Source of the DNA: Bacteroidota bacterium
GTDB lineage: Bacteria; Bacteroidota; Bacteroidia; Flavobacteriales_F; PHOS-HE28
Reading direction: 5' to 3'
Length of the DNA: 64,000 bases
NCBI GenBank assembly: GCA_023418095.1
Contig: JAEZDL010000078.1
Coordinates: 142-64,141 of the forward strand
The translations under genes were made by a program, and so were the position numbers. Below, one piece after another: positions 62,617 to 64,000 of the stretch. The notes beneath the pieces were generated by a model that ran no database searches, had not been told where the DNA came from, and saw only the letters and a list, made by a program, of their open reading frames with translations. Position 1 is the first letter of the stretch. Each line of letters opens with the position of its first letter.

Positions 62617-62758
62617 GGAACTTTTTCCTGGCTTCCCCCAGAGGGCTGAAAAGGTTGACCGGCAGTGACCTGGATCGATATTGAACGGATACACGGATCG
62701 TGGATGAAGCGTTGAATATAGCGCCCACCGCCGGATACAGGGAAACGCTATTAATCGG

Positions 62759-62766
62759 TACCTTTG
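62759..62766 (+). promoter_or_regulatory. candidate Bacteroidota -7 promoter box (TAnnTTTG), would give a near-leaderless mRNA
   Basis: TACCTTTG ends 7 nt upstream of ATG 62774. Confidence 0.3.
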
Positions 62767-62773
62767 CAGCCGC

Positions 62774-63103
62774 ATGGCCAAGAAGACTACCTCACCCAAG
62801 ACCTACGATATCGACGTTCTGCAACTTACGGATGAGGAGGAGGCTCGCCAGCTGGTTCTGCGTGTCGGCGAGCACCGCGTCCGCATGGAATACGATCGCA
62901 GCGGTGATCGTATCTTCCTCACGAACCTCGATGTGCCGCGCACCTGTTGCATCGAGAACATGCATGTGCGCATGATCGAAAAGGTGTTCAACTGGGTTGA
63001 GGCGAACAACCTGAAGATCATTCCCACCAACCAGGTCGTGAAGGCCTACCTGCGCGAGAACAAAGGCTGGCAGCGGCTCTTATTGAAGGGCGTGCAGGTC
63101 TGA
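62774..63103 (+). CDS. small GNAT-like (YjdJ-type) acetyltransferase-fold protein
   Basis: 109 aa. The layout (..[26 protein letters not shown]......[24 protein letters not shown]) resembles the single-domain N-acetyltransferase-like family. Assigned from memory only. Confidence 0.6.
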   Translation: MAKKTTSPKTYDIDVLQLTDEEEARQLVLRVGEHRVRMEYDRSGDRIFLTNLDVPRTCCIENMHVRMIEKVFNWVEANNLKIIPTNQVVKAYLRENKGWQRLLLKGVQV

Positions 63104-63236
63104 TCTATTCCGCTTCGGTGTAGTTGAACGTCCGCGACCAATAGGTCGCTTGGCGTATGCGGTCCCATTAACTTCGCAACCCCTCAGCGATCCGCACGAT
63201 CGTCTGATCATCCCATTATCCGATCATCTGATCAAA

Positions 63237-64000
63237 ATGTCGGTTCGCGTTCGTTTTGCACCCAGCCCCACCGGTCCCCTGCACATGGGCGGCGTGCGCA
63301 CTGCTTTGTACAATTATCTCTTCGCCCGCAAACACGGCGGCCAGTTCCTGCTTCGGATCGAGGATACGGACCAGAACCGATTTGTTCCCGGTGCGGAGGA
63401 TTACATCCGTGAAGCGCTGGATTGGTGCGGGCTCACGCCGGATGAAAGTCCTTGGATCGGCGGCCCCGATGGACCTTACCGCCAGAGCGAGCGCAAGGAG
63501 ATGTACCGGCAGTACGCCGAGCGGTTGATCGCCGAGGACAAGGCGTATTACGCGTTCGATACGCCGGAAGAATTGGAGGCGATGCGCGAACGCTTGAAGG
63601 CCGCTGGTGTGGCCGCGCCCGCCTACAACGCGGTCACGCGCGAGCACATGAAGAACAGTCTCACCTTGAGCGCCGATCAGGTGAAGGAGAAGCTCGATCG
63701 CGCGGAGGACTATGTGATCCGCCTGAAAGTGCCGCGGCACCAGGAAGTGCGTTTCGAGGATGCGATCCGTGGGTGGGTAGTGGTGCACAGCGCCAACATC
63801 GATGACAAGGTGCTCTTCAAGAGCGATGGCATGCCCACGTACCACCTGGCGAACATCGTGGATGATCACCTGATGCGCATCACGCACGTGATCCGTGGTG
63901 AAGAGTGGCTTCCGAGCGCTCCGCTGCATGTGTTGCTTTATGAAGCTTTCGGCTGGGAGCGGCCCGTGTTCGCTCATCTTCCATTGATCCTGAAACCCGA
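63237..64000 (+). CDS. gltX: glutamate--tRNA ligase, 5' partial (runs off the window)
   Basis: Open frame from ATG 63237, not in the ORF track because it has no stop. My translation is [48 protein letters not shown]...[25 protein letters not shown], with the class I HIGH-type motif PLHMGG. The listed minus-strand ORF 63216..63977 is its antisense shadow. Confidence 0.93.
   Translation, partial: MSVRVRFAPSPTGPLHMGGVRTALYNYLFARKHGGQFLLRIEDTDQNRFVPGAEDYIREALDWCGLTPDESPWIGGPDGPYRQSERKEMYRQYAERLIAEDKAYYAFDTPEELEAMRERLKAAGVAAPAYNAVTREHMKNSLTLSADQVKEKLDRAEDYVIRLKVPRHQEVRFEDAIRGWVVVHSANIDDKVLFKSDGMPTYHLANIVDDHLMRITHVIRGEEWLPSAPLHVLLYEAFGWERPVFAHLPLILKP

Noticed and set aside
63216-63977. 253-aa minus-strand ORF in the track at the right edge.
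   Set aside because: The plus strand encodes an unmistakable GltX N-terminus ([26 protein letters not shown]). The minus ORF is its shadow.
1-64000. A search by eye for mobile elements, prophage genes, toxin-antitoxin pairs, restriction-modification or other known defence genes, CRISPR arrays, tRNA and rRNA genes.
   Set aside because: None of the translated ORFs showed transposase, integrase, recombinase, phage structural, methyltransferase or Cas motifs. No regularly spaced repeats or tRNA-like cloverleaf regions were noticed in the few intergenic gaps longer than 100 bp. Absence by eye is not proof.

Overview
From gene content, this chromosomal window looks like a Bacteroidota genome: three proteins end in type IX secretion (T9SS) C-terminal sorting domains, there is a GxxExxY gene, and some promoters have TAnnTTTG-type boxes. 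GC looks moderately high by eye. I call about 58 densely packed protein-coding genes, several with 4-nt ATGA start/stop overlaps. Housekeeping anchors are pepP, purD, an acyl-CoA carboxyltransferase, yebC, lpxD, gpsA, lysS, lipB, scoA/scoB, ybeY and the 5' part of gltX. I recognised no rRNA, tRNA, CRISPR array, transposase, integrase or phage gene. Main points of interest: (1) 27.4-42.4 kb holds six large polytopic membrane proteins with GT-C-like (PMT/ArnT-like) features, two paralogous Dpm1/GtrB-like GT2 enzymes and a lipoprotein GH5. These genes are interleaved with scoA/scoB and there are no Wzx/Wzy/initiating-transferase genes. This is a candidate periplasmic glycosylation system driven by polyprenyl-phosphate sugars, and it does not match a locus type I know. 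(2) The tetranucleotide GATC (often CGATCG) is several-fold over-represented in coding and non-coding DNA across the window, with lower density in a few lower-GC genes. (3) A GxxExxY gene sits in a small repeat-flanked cassette. (4) A receiver / sigma-54 activator / CHASE3 kinase operon is flanked by tiny stress-type membrane protein genes. (5) There are two tandem multidomain T9SS cargo proteins, one with CUB-like and orphan P-domain modules. All functional calls come from reading the translated ORFs for motifs. No database or structure search was possible, so family names are recollections that need HMM confirmation.
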